A DNA stretch of 64,000 nt, taken from positions 29,512,001-29,576,000 of the forward strand of contig OX597827.1 in NCBI GenBank assembly GCA_951406725.2, written 5' to 3'. This stretch comes from Octopus vulgaris (taxonomy: Eukaryota). A program made the translations under genes and the position numbers. The notes under the pieces were generated by a model. The model did not search any database. It worked only from the letters and a program-made list of their open reading frames with translations, and was not told the origin of the DNA. Below are positions 29,838 to 41,230 of the stretch, one piece after another; position 1 is the first letter of the stretch, and every line of letters begins with the position of its first letter.

Positions 29838-30246
29838 GGTAATCTTATGTACGTATGATCTTTCATTATTTTTCCCTCTATACCTGTGTGAGTTATTTTT
29901 GAGTATGCATTGCCTGGGAGATTTTTCTTATAGTAGAAGAAATAGCTAAGATTTTTTGGCTGCTATTTCTAAAGGTTCGGTGTGTGGTAAAGTAAATTAT
30001 TTTACTGAACCCTAATTATATAAGGTAATGTTTAAAATATACCGTAAATGGTCTTTTTACATACTGAACAATACTTGGTACAATTAATTAATAATTAATT
30101 AGTTTTACCCTTTTATTATTGACTATACACATATATATATATATATACATAGTAAATCCCAAAAAGGGAAGAACAAACAAAAAAAACGACAATGCGAGGA
30201 CGTGGTACGTGTAAAATATTAGCAGACGCTCTGGGAAGGAAAGGTG

Positions 30247-30281
30247 GCTTAACGTTTTGAGCAGAGCTCTTCTTCAGAAAC
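30247..30281 (-). ncRNA. Minimal hammerhead motif, degenerate (GAAA changed to AAAA)
   Basis: Minus: GTTT-CTGAAGA-A-GAGC-TCT-GCTC-AAAA-CG-TT-AAGC. Same family as 33416-33450. Confidence 0.5.
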
Positions 30282-30627
30282 AGAGGAAAGTCTAATAGGA
30301 AAGGAAGACGGATGAAAATCGCCAACGATTCACATGTGGTTACGGGCTTCTTTCAGTTTCCGTCTACCAAATCCACTCACAAGGCTTTGGTCGGCCCGAG
30401 GCTATAGTAGAAGACACTTGCCCAATGCGCCACGCAGTGGGATTGAACCCGGAACCATGTGGTTGGTAAGCAAGCTACTTACCACACAACCATGCCTGCG
30501 CCTATATAAACGGGCAAAAACAAAAATACAGCCATAGTAAACATAAATTAAATAGTATAGCCGTAAAAAATTGGTACTCCGTTGGTTACGACGACGAGGG
30601 TTCCGACGAGTTGATCGGATCAAAGTA

Positions 30628-30932
30628 CGAGGGGCGTTCAATAAGTAATGCTCCTGACCCACTTGTAGTTTTTGATCTAGCTGAAATTTTGTATGTGCAA
30701 TTATTTATATCTCTATAGATTAAGTTGCAAATTACAGCTCTGAACTAATTGTGGTTTCCGATTTACAGGTGTTTGAACTGAGTCAAGTGTGAAATGGAGC
30801 ATGTTGAGTGTCGAGCAGTGATCCGGTTTTTGTATTTGAAAGGACGCACACCACGGGAGACTTTTGCTGAAATGAAAGTAACTTATGGTGATGATGCCCC
30901 ATCATATGACCTTGTAAAACGCTGGCATCGAG
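30628..30932 (+). mobile_element. Mariner 5' end (left TIR plus transposase N-terminal HTH), same family as 1-281
   Basis: TA|CGAGGGGCGTTCAATAAGTAATGCTCCTGACCCACTT. ATG at 30794 gives MEHVECRAVIRFLYLKGRTPRETFAEMKVTYGDDAPSYDLVKRWHR. Confidence 0.88.
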
Positions 30933-30934
30933 TA

Positions 30935-31214
30935 TGGTAGAAGAAGGGTTGCTCTTCCTTCCGTAGAAGATAAAATTCAAATCGGACCATGTTAACACCA
31001 AAAATTATTTACATCAACAAGGTGCTTTTTTTATGAAAGTCCCTATTTTTTACGATTTTTTCACTGCTGTGTCGCTACTTTTCGGTGTATTTCAGCCAGA
31101 AAAATGTTCACTTGAAGAGAATTACAAGCGACATAATGCAAAATTTTTACTTTTCAAAAATTCCAATTCCAGCGGGTCGAAACAAACCCGAGCAACGCCG
31201 GGCAATACTGCTAG
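30935..31214 (+). mobile_element. Helitron-like non-autonomous 3' end
   Basis: Subterminal hairpin CCCGAGCAACGCCGGG (31187-31202) followed by CTAG|T at 31211-31215. The 5' boundary is uncertain. Confidence 0.55.
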
Positions 31215-31569
31215 TATGTATATATATGTATGTATATTTCTATTATTGAAAACAAGTGGATGTATTCCACTGAAACTAGGTAAATATAAACCTTCGAACA
31301 GAGACGTCAGTGGCGACACCTGCGGGTCTGACTGTAGCTGTCGGACTGGCAGTGTGAAGCGGGCTGACCTCCCTTGTTCGAAGGTTATAATGGATACAGA
31401 TCGTGTATCAATAGCTATCTTGATGGCGGTGGCCTCATGGAGCTGACCATGGCAGCGATTATTCTTATATCTATAAGAATGCCATATTAATATGGCGATA
31501 ACAATTAATTTCCAGTAAACGCTGCCATAATCTCTTTTATAGAGACTTAGTAATTTTAATATTTCTATT

Positions 31570-31684
31570 ATATGTATATATATATATATATATATACACA
31601 TACATACACACACATACATACTATACACACATACACATACACATATACATACATACACACACGCGTACATATACATACATACAT

Positions 31685-31718
<34 letters not shown>

Positions 31719-32082
31719 TTACACACATATACCCGTACATACATACATACACACACATACATACATACTTACACACATACACACATACATACATACACAC
31801 ACGCATACATATACATACACACATACATACATATATACACACATACATACACACATACATACATAGATACATACATACACAAACATACATATACATACAT
31901 ACACACACACATACACACAGACATACACACACACGCACGGACACATACATACATACACGCACATACATACACACACACGTACATACATACATACATACAT
32001 ACACACACACACAGTTACACACATACACACATACATACACACACATACATACATACATACATACATACATACATACATACAT

Positions 32083-32122
<40 letters not shown>

Positions 32123-32232
32123 ACATACATACGCACATACATACACACACATATACACACATACAGACACACATACACACATACACGCATGCACACATAC
32201 ATACACACACACATACACACATACACGCATGC

Positions 32233-32263
<31 letters not shown>

Positions 32264-33075
32264 TACATACACTACATACATACACTACATACATAGATAC
32301 ATACATACATACACACACATACATATACATACATATGTACACACACGCACATACACACATACACACATACACACATACGTACATACATACATACATACAT
32401 ACACACACACACTTACACACATACACACACACATACATACATACGTACGTACATACATACACACACACATACATACACACACACATACATACATACATAC
32501 ATACATACATACATACATACACACATACACACATACACACATACATACATACACACACGCATACATATACATATACATACACATACACACACATACACAC
32601 ATACACACATACATACACACACACACATATAAACATATAAACACACATATAAGCCTCTACATTGTACACACACGCACACATATATACATACATTCACTCG
32701 CACGCACGTACACACACACGCACACACACACACATTTACATACATACACATACATGTATATACTATACACTCACACACACATACACACGTACAAACACAC
32801 ACAAACTCACATACACACCGACAGATATACATACACAATATACACCTTCCGCGCACGCACACATACACACAAACACATACAAACGCACACATACACGCAC
32901 ACACATACACGTACATACATACACACTCACACAAATGAACCCACACATACATCCCTACACACACACACGTACAAGCACACACGCACACATACACTAGGCT
33001 AAGCAGTTACTCGCCACACACACTCACACTCTACGCATACACACACGAACACACACATGCACACACACACACTCC
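31570..33075. repeat. ~1.5-kb degenerate (CA)/(CATA) microsatellite
   Basis: Seen directly; source of the 476-aa HTY pseudo-ORF. Confidence 0.95.
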
Positions 33076-33415
33076 AAACAACACCCATACATGATACATA
33101 TACCCCTTTGTTTTTTGACCTGGCTTTGACCTGGCTGGATACAAACAAGCTAGCTGTCATAAAGGAGTGCCTTATGACAGCTAACTTGCCATTGCTTATT
33201 ATTCACCACACATACACACACACACACACGCACGCACAAACACACTTGTCATCCTTGCACACACACACATTCCTTTTTTTTTAAACTCTCTTGCTTTTAA
33301 AAATCATGATTCGTCTACCTCTCAACTTCTGTTCTTTCAACATGTGATCTCTTGAGCACCACCAGAAAAATATTTTTTCCTCTGTCTTCCCTCCTTGGGA
33401 TCTTTCCTTCTCCTT

Positions 33416-33450
33416 GTTTCCGACGAAGAGCTCCGCTCGAAACGTTAAAC
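33416..33450 (+). ncRNA. Minimal hammerhead motif (core U to C change)
   Basis: GTTT-CCGACGA-A-GAGC-TCC-GCTC-GAAA-CG-TT-AAAC, inside a ~280-bp element ending at (TA)n. Confidence 0.55.
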
Positions 33451-33555
33451 CCTCCTTCCCTTCTTTCCTGAGCGTCACTAATACTTTAATTGTTCCACGT
33501 CCTCGCGTTGCTGTGTTTTTTTCTCTTTTTTTCTGTGTTTTCTTGTTTGGATTAT

Positions 33556-33635
<80 letters not shown>

Positions 33636-33637
<2 letters not shown>

Positions 33638-33797
33638 CATTACTCAATAGTCAAGAGAAAACTCTGAGTTTCAGATGCCGAAGTGGAAATCCACAGCACC
33701 ATTTCTTCGGTTCTGGCTATAACCGAAGAGATGGTGCTGTGAATTTTCACTTCGGCATCTGAAACTCAGAGTTTTATCTTGACTATTGAGTAATGTA
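33636..33797. repeat. Near-perfect palindrome with ~77-bp arms inside a (TA)n-flanked cassette
   Basis: TACATTACTCAATAGTCAAGA...CTTCGGTT / AACCGAAG...TCTTGACTATTGAGTAATGTA, with a short loop. Confidence 0.85.
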
Positions 33798-33878
33798 ACA
33801 TATTGTTTTATAGATAAATTTCCTCTATTTACATAATATTGAGGTCTCTTTCTTTCTTTTGTTATCTTACCGTTTTTA

Positions 33879-33926
<48 letters not shown>

Positions 33927-33935
<9 letters not shown>

Positions 33936-35300
33936 ATTAAATATTAGGGAATAAATCCAAACTTACAGGGAAAAATCAGATTTAGGATTAAATCCAATTT
34001 TATAGTAAAATATATTATATTATATTATATTAAATTAGAGATAAAACCACTATTAGGCAAATCAAACAATGAAAAACATAAGCCAATACATAAAATTAAT
34101 TAATTTATATTATTTTAAATATATATCAAAAGTATTAAAAGTTTAATAAAAGATAAAGAGTAAAACACTACGATCGTTTCATGGCTGTACAATTCGTAAT
34201 AATTCGAGTTATGGTTACAGTCAATTTCAGGTTAACTGAAATATCTAAAATATAATCAGAAATATTTAAACAATATTTTAAAGTTATAAATAATATAATA
34301 ATTTTACTTATAATAAACTCTATTATAAAACTAGAAACATAAAACTTAACAATTATGATTATATCAAAATCGATAATAATGTTAAATATTAATTTTAATT
34401 TATAATGTAGGAAACCCACCAATAATCTAATATCGGTATTAGTCTATATCTAATTACATAAATATTTTAAAATGACAAATATATATAAATTATCAATGAA
34501 AATATATAAATGTATCTAAATATTATAATTAAGATCTAAAATAATCTATATAAATAAATATATATGCACATATAATAACACCTAATAAATTAATTTTTCA
34601 TATTTAAAGATGAAATAGTTAATTTCAAAATACAAATAAACAAACTTAAACGAACTTTCGGAAATCTTACGTAAAATACTTATAGTATCAATTCGTAGTA
34701 ATATAGTATCGAATAAATACTATAAATACTATAAATATAATTATCAATGGGAATAACTAGCGAATATCAATTTAAAGAAATAACTAAGTTATGCTATTAA
34801 ATTAGACATGGCCTGGACCAATCTTTAGTCGAAACATCTAAGTTTATCAAAGTTTATCTAATTTAATTATAAATTTAAAACTACAATTAATACTATTAAA
34901 ACATGTATATACAAAAGCCTAACTTAATACACCTCGTATGCTTGCTATCAAATAACAAATCTATCGCTAAGTAGTATCTTATGAATAAACTTAAATTTAA
35001 TATCTAATTATATAGAAAATTACGATAATTAGATCATTACATAAAAAACGATATTTACATAAGAAAAATATTATTACACCAAAGACTTATAAAATATTAA
35101 AATTTACAATTTAAAGATCTTAAATAAATACACACTTATCTTAGCGAGGTTTAGCAATTAACTAAAATTTTGAATCGGAAAACGTCTTTACAGCGTTTAT
35201 AACAATACTCGTGGAATTACGTTATTAGCAAAAACAAGAATAAATTGTTGAAGAATTCATTAAGCGTGAGGAACCTACGCTTTATTAATGAGATTGTGAA
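33927..35300. mobile_element. Very AT-rich cassette between (TA)n tracts (probable decayed PLE) with a degenerate hammerhead at 34166-34233 (-)
   Basis: Minus: AAC-CTGAAAT-TGACTGTA...TACAGCCAT-GAAA-CGATCG-TA^GTG. Confidence 0.45.
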
Positions 35301-35328
35301 TGTATATATGTATATATGTATATATGTA

Positions 35329-35442
<114 letters not shown>

Positions 35443-35734
35443 ATGTATATATATATATATGTATGTATGTATATATATAAACATATAAATGCGTATATAT
35501 ATATATATATATATACACACACATGCATGCATATATATATGTTTGGGGACGTAAACACATCAACATCGGTTGATGTATGTATATATGTATGTATATATGC
35601 ATGTATTTGCGTGTGTGTGTGTGTGTGTGTGTGTGTCCCCTCCGCCATCGTTTGACAACCGATGTTGATGTGTTTACGTCCCCCAGCGGTTCAACAAAGA
35701 AGAATAAGCTCATTATTATTCCCCGCAGAATAGG

Positions 35735-36165
35735 GGCGGGGCGAACTGGCAGAATCGGTTATCGCACCGGGCGAATGTCTTAGCATACGTTCTGAGTTTA
35801 AATTCCGCCGAGGTCGACTTTATCTTTCATGCTCTCGTGGGGGTCGATGAGATACGGACCAGTTACGCACTGGGATCGATGTCATCGACTTTATCCCTTT
35901 GTCTCTCCTTGTTTGTCCCCTCTATGTTTAGCAATAAAGACATAAATACTGTGGGCAATAAAGACATAAATATTATAATACTTATTTAGGCGACGGGCAA
36001 GTAGAATCGTTAGCGCGCCGGGCGAACTGCTTTGCGTATGTTTTGAGTTCAAATTCCGCCGAGGTGGGTCGATGAAATAACTACCAGTTACGCACTGGTG
36101 TCGATGTAATCGACTAGCTCCCTTCTCCCCAAAGAAATTTTCAAAGCCTTGAGCCTAGAGTAAAA
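35735..36165 (+). mobile_element. Two tandem S1 SINE copies
   Basis: GGCGAACTGGCAGAATCG...GAGTTTAAATTCCGCCGAGGTCGAC and a second copy from ~35988. Confidence 0.75.
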
Positions 36166-36292
36166 ATAATTATTATCAACTGCTTGCATATTCATCTATA
36201 CACATAACAATGCTTCCTGTATCTGCACGGTTTTGATTAGTGAACAGTAGAACCATACGTTTCACAACGGGAGAAGTACTGCAGTATTATAT

Positions 36293-36960
36293 ACAACAAT
36301 AGCACTACAGAGAGCGTAAACCTCCGCCAAGGCAACACCAAAGTCCTCTCAACGATTAGCCAGAGATGATTTTTAAAATGAGAATATCCGAAACAAGAGC
36401 ATTCGGAGAGCGCAAACCTCCGCCAAGGCAACGCCAACGTCCTCTCAACGATTAGCCAGAGATGATTTTTAAAATGAGAATATCCGAAATAAGAGCATTC
36501 GGAGAGCGCAAACCTCCGCCAAGGCAACGCCAACGTCCTCTCAACGATTAGCCAGAGATGATTTTTAAAATGAGAATATCCGTAACAAGAGCATTCGGAG
36601 AGAGCAAACCTCTGCAAAGGCAACACCAACGTCCTCTCAACTATTAGTCAGAGATAATTTTTGGAAATGAGAATATCTGAAAAAAACTCAACTGCTCTCA
36701 CAAACAGGAATACTAAAAATGAACCTGACTGCTCTCAAAAATTAAGTAAAAAAACAGGAGAAATAATCCAGAATCCTTGTCCGGTACCGGATCGATCGCA
36801 AAATCTAATCAATGCGTGCCAGTCAAGAGACCAAACATCCCTGAAAGCTTCATCCGAATCCATCTAATGGTTCTTAAGATATTGTGTCCACGGACAAACA
36901 ACTAGCAAACAAACACGATTGAAAAACAATACCTCTGCCTTCGCTAAGATGGAGGTAATA
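36293..36960 (+). mobile_element. Helentron-associated (HINE-like) non-autonomous element with ~3.8 x 96-bp tandem 5' repeat
   Basis: 96-bp unit containing AAACCTCCGCCAAGGC; 3' hairpin ACCTCTGCCTTCGCTAAGATGGAGGT. Partial homologues at 49874-50075 and ~51630-51822. Confidence 0.6.
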
Positions 36961-38261
36961 AATCCATTATTACATACTGTACACTCGTGTATACACATGT
37001 ACACGCGTAAGTATACATTTTGTATCTCTACATCTTTGCCTTCATTGCTTAATCAGTCTCTGTCTATGTGTGGCTGTTGAACCCTTGATGCTTCAATGGT
37101 ATGAAACACTTAGACACTGTAAACTATAATTCCATTATTATAAGCTGCTTGCATTCTCATCCATCCTTACAAGTATAAACTGTATGTTTGTATGTATTTG
37201 CACTCCTTATAAAGAGCCCTTCGAAGCTCTCTTAGAAGCTCAGGAGGTTTTTGTGTTTTGCTGTAGCCTCCATCTTTAGTCCAGCGGAGCAGGAAACGTT
37301 GTAGTTTAAGAAAAAGACACAGAGAAGATTGAATTCTTCCATGAGGAAACACCAGATGTGATATGTCAGTAAGTGAGGGTTTCCTATTACTTGGGGGTCT
37401 CCTAATAATGGGGGTAGATTTGGATGTACTGTAGAATGCTTAAGGTGAAGATGCGCAAGCGTACATATGTTTGCATATGGGTATATATTCATGTAAGTGT
37501 GTGCATGTATGTATGTGTGTATGTGTGTGCGCGCGCGTTTGTGTGTATGTGTGCGTGAGTGTATATGTATGTGCGTGTGTATCTAGTAGTAGTGTGTGTA
37601 TGTGTGTGTGTGTGTGGAGTAGCGTCTTCAACTTATCCTTATAATGTAGCATTGCATCACATCATTGTTTAAACAGAACGGTGAGTGCAGTGAAAATGAT
37701 AAATAAGAACGATTGCTAATCAATAATTACTAATTATGTTAGAAAAGATGAAAATTTAATCTGTTCGATCAGATTTGAATAAATGCAAAGGAATGAAGCG
37801 GACACCAAAGTCAAGGGAAATAATAACATAAAATATTTTCGGAGTTATCTCCCATAAAACATTTAACATTTAACGTGACAACATACGAGCGGTTGAATCT
37901 ATCTGTCTATTTGTCTGTCCTGTCTGTCTGTCTCTTTGTCTCCTTGTTTATCTGTTTCTCTGTCTGTCTCTATGGTTTTCTGTCTGCCTGTCTGGAAAAA
38001 TGTTTCTCTTCTATTCTGTTTTACTTACAAAGGTGCGATCATGCTGCAGCAGCACCTAGAAAGGTTTAGGACGAACGAAACGACCACAGGACCTTCTGGC
38101 TTTTCTTCGTTGTTTTTGTTGTTGTTGTTGGGGATGTGTGTTTTTTCTGAAGGTCTGGAATTCATTCCACGGTCTCTGGTCGAACCGCAACGTTTTAGGG
38201 ACGTAAACAAATTAACAACCAAGTTGTGGGGAGAGAAAAACAACAAACACACACACATATT

Positions 38262-38323
<62 letters not shown>

Positions 38324-38487
38324 TGAGGGGTTTAGTTCACTGGTGATCTAAACGAATAGAGTACTTGCTATGATTGGTCATCCATTAAGTTCTTCAAAGT
38401 TCACAGCTGAGGTTGGAGCTAAGGATCCGTAGCAGGCTTCCCTGTTGGCAGGTATATATTATATTAGAGGGAAAAGGAGAACAAGAG

Positions 38488-38792
38488 ACAAGGCAAAACG
38501 AGTATCTCAAGTCATTTAGATTAATTTAATAAAGGTAAGGTGAATCTGAAATCTTACAGTTGTTTTGGGGATATCCCAAGTGATAGGCTAACATGTTCGT
38601 ACACTGGGTAGTCTGTGAATTTCCCTGTCTAAAACTCTCATACATATTCACTTTGTCTCTGATGACGGAATACCCAGTGTACGGACATGTTAGCCTATTA
38701 CTTGGGATATCCCAGAAACAACTGTAAGGCTTCAAATTCACCTTACTCTAATTAAACTATTCTAAATGACTTGAAGTACTCGTCCTGCCTTA
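38488..38792. mobile_element. Foldback PLE-type cassette (~120-bp inverted arms) with a hammerhead
   Basis: ~38490-38610 is the imperfect reverse complement of ~38671-38792. Confidence 0.65.
38655..38730 (+). ncRNA. Type I hammerhead motif
   Basis: GTCT-CTGATGA (38659-38665), long imperfect stem II, GAAA (38715-38718), CAACTG, TA^AGGC (GUA triplet, cut after 38726). Confidence 0.7.
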
Positions 38793-40173
38793 GTTTTTGG
38801 TGTCTTTTTTCCCCAAATATAATATACATAGACACATGTACACACATATATATATACATATACATACATACATACATACACACACACACATATATATATA
38901 CATATATATATATATATATGCCTGTTGTTACACATGAGTATACTTATGGGCATGTAGATGTGAGTGTAATTCTATTAGTTCGTTGGTAAGGGTTTTGATA
39001 GATAAATATTAGTATTATAATAACATTGGATTTATTACGTAGAGATAATATCTATTTATGCTATAAGGAGTTATTTTGTTTGTTTATATATCCTAGAATA
39101 TTAGCGTATTTTGACTTCTTACAATTAATCTCTTATAATTTAATTATTATAAACCGATGTCAACTTAGTATATGTATATTTCTATGTCTTTTGATAGTCA
39201 AACGGAAATGTTTAATCTATACTTTATAATTTAGCGTATGTTTGAATATAACATATAGCGGTTAAGTTAGTAGATGTTTAGTTATAAAATACTATGGCTA
39301 CGGAAAATACGGAGTCATATGAATTATGTACCTTATGAAAAATTACATTCTATGTCTTGATATGATTATATGTATCTTTGCAATTAATGTTTTATCGAAA
39401 TATGTGAGTGGATCTTCTTAGTTAATACCGCGGCCTTGATGTCGTTTTGGGGGTGCTGGATGTATGCATGCATGTATGTGCATTCGGTTGGGTTTCTCTG
39501 TTTTTTCCATGTATATAGTTACGATTATACCTCTTATATTATTTATTTATTTATTCATGATTTGGCTGTGTATGTGGCTATGTATGTGTATGGGTGTATG
39601 TGTGTGGGTATACATATAATTATGTATGTATGTGCGCTGGATCTGTGGATGTGCGTGTGTGTATGTGCGTTTCTTGACTAACTAACCGTAAGATTTCCAT
39701 TGTGATTCAAATTTAAAACTATAAGCCAATCGAATCTATCTAGAATAATCAATATCAAGCGGACAAATGAATTAGACTTATTGATATGTAGATGTCCACT
39801 TGCTGTACATGGTACAATCATGGTTGTTATTATTATTATTATCATTATTATTATTAATATCAATATTAATTCTATTGACTTTTTGTAGGGTTATACATTT
39901 TAAGGAACTGAACTGTGGTTTTTTATATATATATATGTCTGCTTTAAATTTAAATGTGAGTGTACATGTATTTCCTTGATGTTAGTTATGGAACTAGGAG
40001 TCCAATATGGAAAATAACTGTGTTTGTTAATGTATACCGATATATTTTGTTTATATTGTATTATTGTATTAATGTGTATATATATATGTGTAGAATTATG
40101 AGTGTCTATGCACACATTTTTATATTTTATATTTTTATATTTATATGTAAATTTTTCCACACTTATATTAAAT

Positions 40174-40284
40174 TCTCTGAAGAGGCCGTGAGACATCCTT
40201 GTTAATGTCTCATTTATACCTGCTTTATATGGCTAATAGGTTAAATGAGACATATTTGTCCTCACGGCCGAAACAGCTGTCAGA
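40174..40284 (+). ncRNA. Type I hammerhead motif with long stem II
   Basis: TCT-CTGAAGA (40177-40183), GGCCGTGAG/CTCACGGCC stem II with inner ATGTCTCATTTA/TAAATGAGACAT, GAAA (40270-40273), CAGCTG palindrome, GUC^AGA (cut after 40281). Confidence 0.8.
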
Positions 40285-40451
40285 TATGATGTAATTGTAT
40301 TTTATATTTCTATTTCCATGTCTAGTTATATTTACAATATATTATGTATAATGTCTTTGCTGTTATGTAATGGTGTAATAAAGAATTGATTGGGTATTAT
40401 CTGATGGTTGATGATTGATTGATTTAAGTATGTTTCTCCATTTTCTCATTT

Positions 40452-40609
<158 letters not shown>

Positions 40610-40689
40610 TACATATATATATAACCTAATAGCACCACCTGGCGAAGTCATTCAAATCAGGAATCGGACAACATGGCCCACTTGAGTTG

Positions 40690-41230
40690 CGAGTTATTGT
40701 TTACGGAGACATATCCAGATGTAGATTTATCCGGGATTTTTTGAAGAAATTTGTCCAAAGACTTCTGAGACTTTATGGGGTCTTTTCTGCTTTAATATAT
40801 TTTGGTGTAATGTTAAAGAGAGCGGGACCAATTGGGGTGAGGTAATTGTATCGTATTGTTGTCATGAGATATGAGTATGATTTGTGTTGTGGGTGGATAA
40901 CACGAGGCCCAAGTCTTGAACGTATCTTAAAGGTGATGCCAACATCATTTGGGCAATGCTGATGGAATGTTTTAAAAATCATGCAGATGATGTAGCGCTT
41001 ACGGCGACGCTGGAGAGAATAAAACTAGTCGACCCCAATAGTCCAGGCCTGTCATGCCATCTATCTTTTTCTCATAATTGACCTTTGAAGTGCTTCAACT
41101 TTCATCATACTTTGTTTCGTGTGAAGAGACCACAGTGGACAACAGTATTCAAGGTGGGGTTGGGAAAAAGTGGAGAACAGACGGATTATGGTGTGGATAT
41201 TTCTCGACTGGAAATTTCTGAGCATCCAGA
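40690..41230 (-). mobile_element. CR1/L2-group LINE 3' fragment
   Basis: Minus: PHLEYCCPLWS...KVEALQR...LDYWGRL...SLQRRRKRYIICMIFK...GPALFN, the post-RT motifs typical of CR1-group LINEs. Confidence 0.7.

Larger units (their letters stand above)
28995..30123. mobile_element. PLE-type pLTR cassette: partial direct repeats plus inverted copy, two hammerheads
   Basis: 28997-29100 is repeated at 29558-29668. Segment 29670-30123 is the reverse complement of 28997-29226 plus 29334-29580. Flanked by (CATA)n/(TA)n. Confidence 0.8.

Noticed and set aside
31347-31368. miR-34 orthologue
   Set aside because: Only the first 10 nt match and they lie on the 3' arm, whereas miR-34 is a 5p product. Kept only as a hairpin finding.
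31572-33002. 476-aa His/Thr/Tyr-rich ORF and the many YIYI, CVCV, poly-I/L/N/Y ORFs
   Set aside because: These are translations of di-, tri- and tetranucleotide microsatellites, open in several frames on both strands.
36237-36629. CRISPR array or 32-aa repeat protein
   Set aside because: The 96-bp units are contiguous with no unique spacers and belong to a dispersed repeat. The context is eukaryotic with no cas genes.
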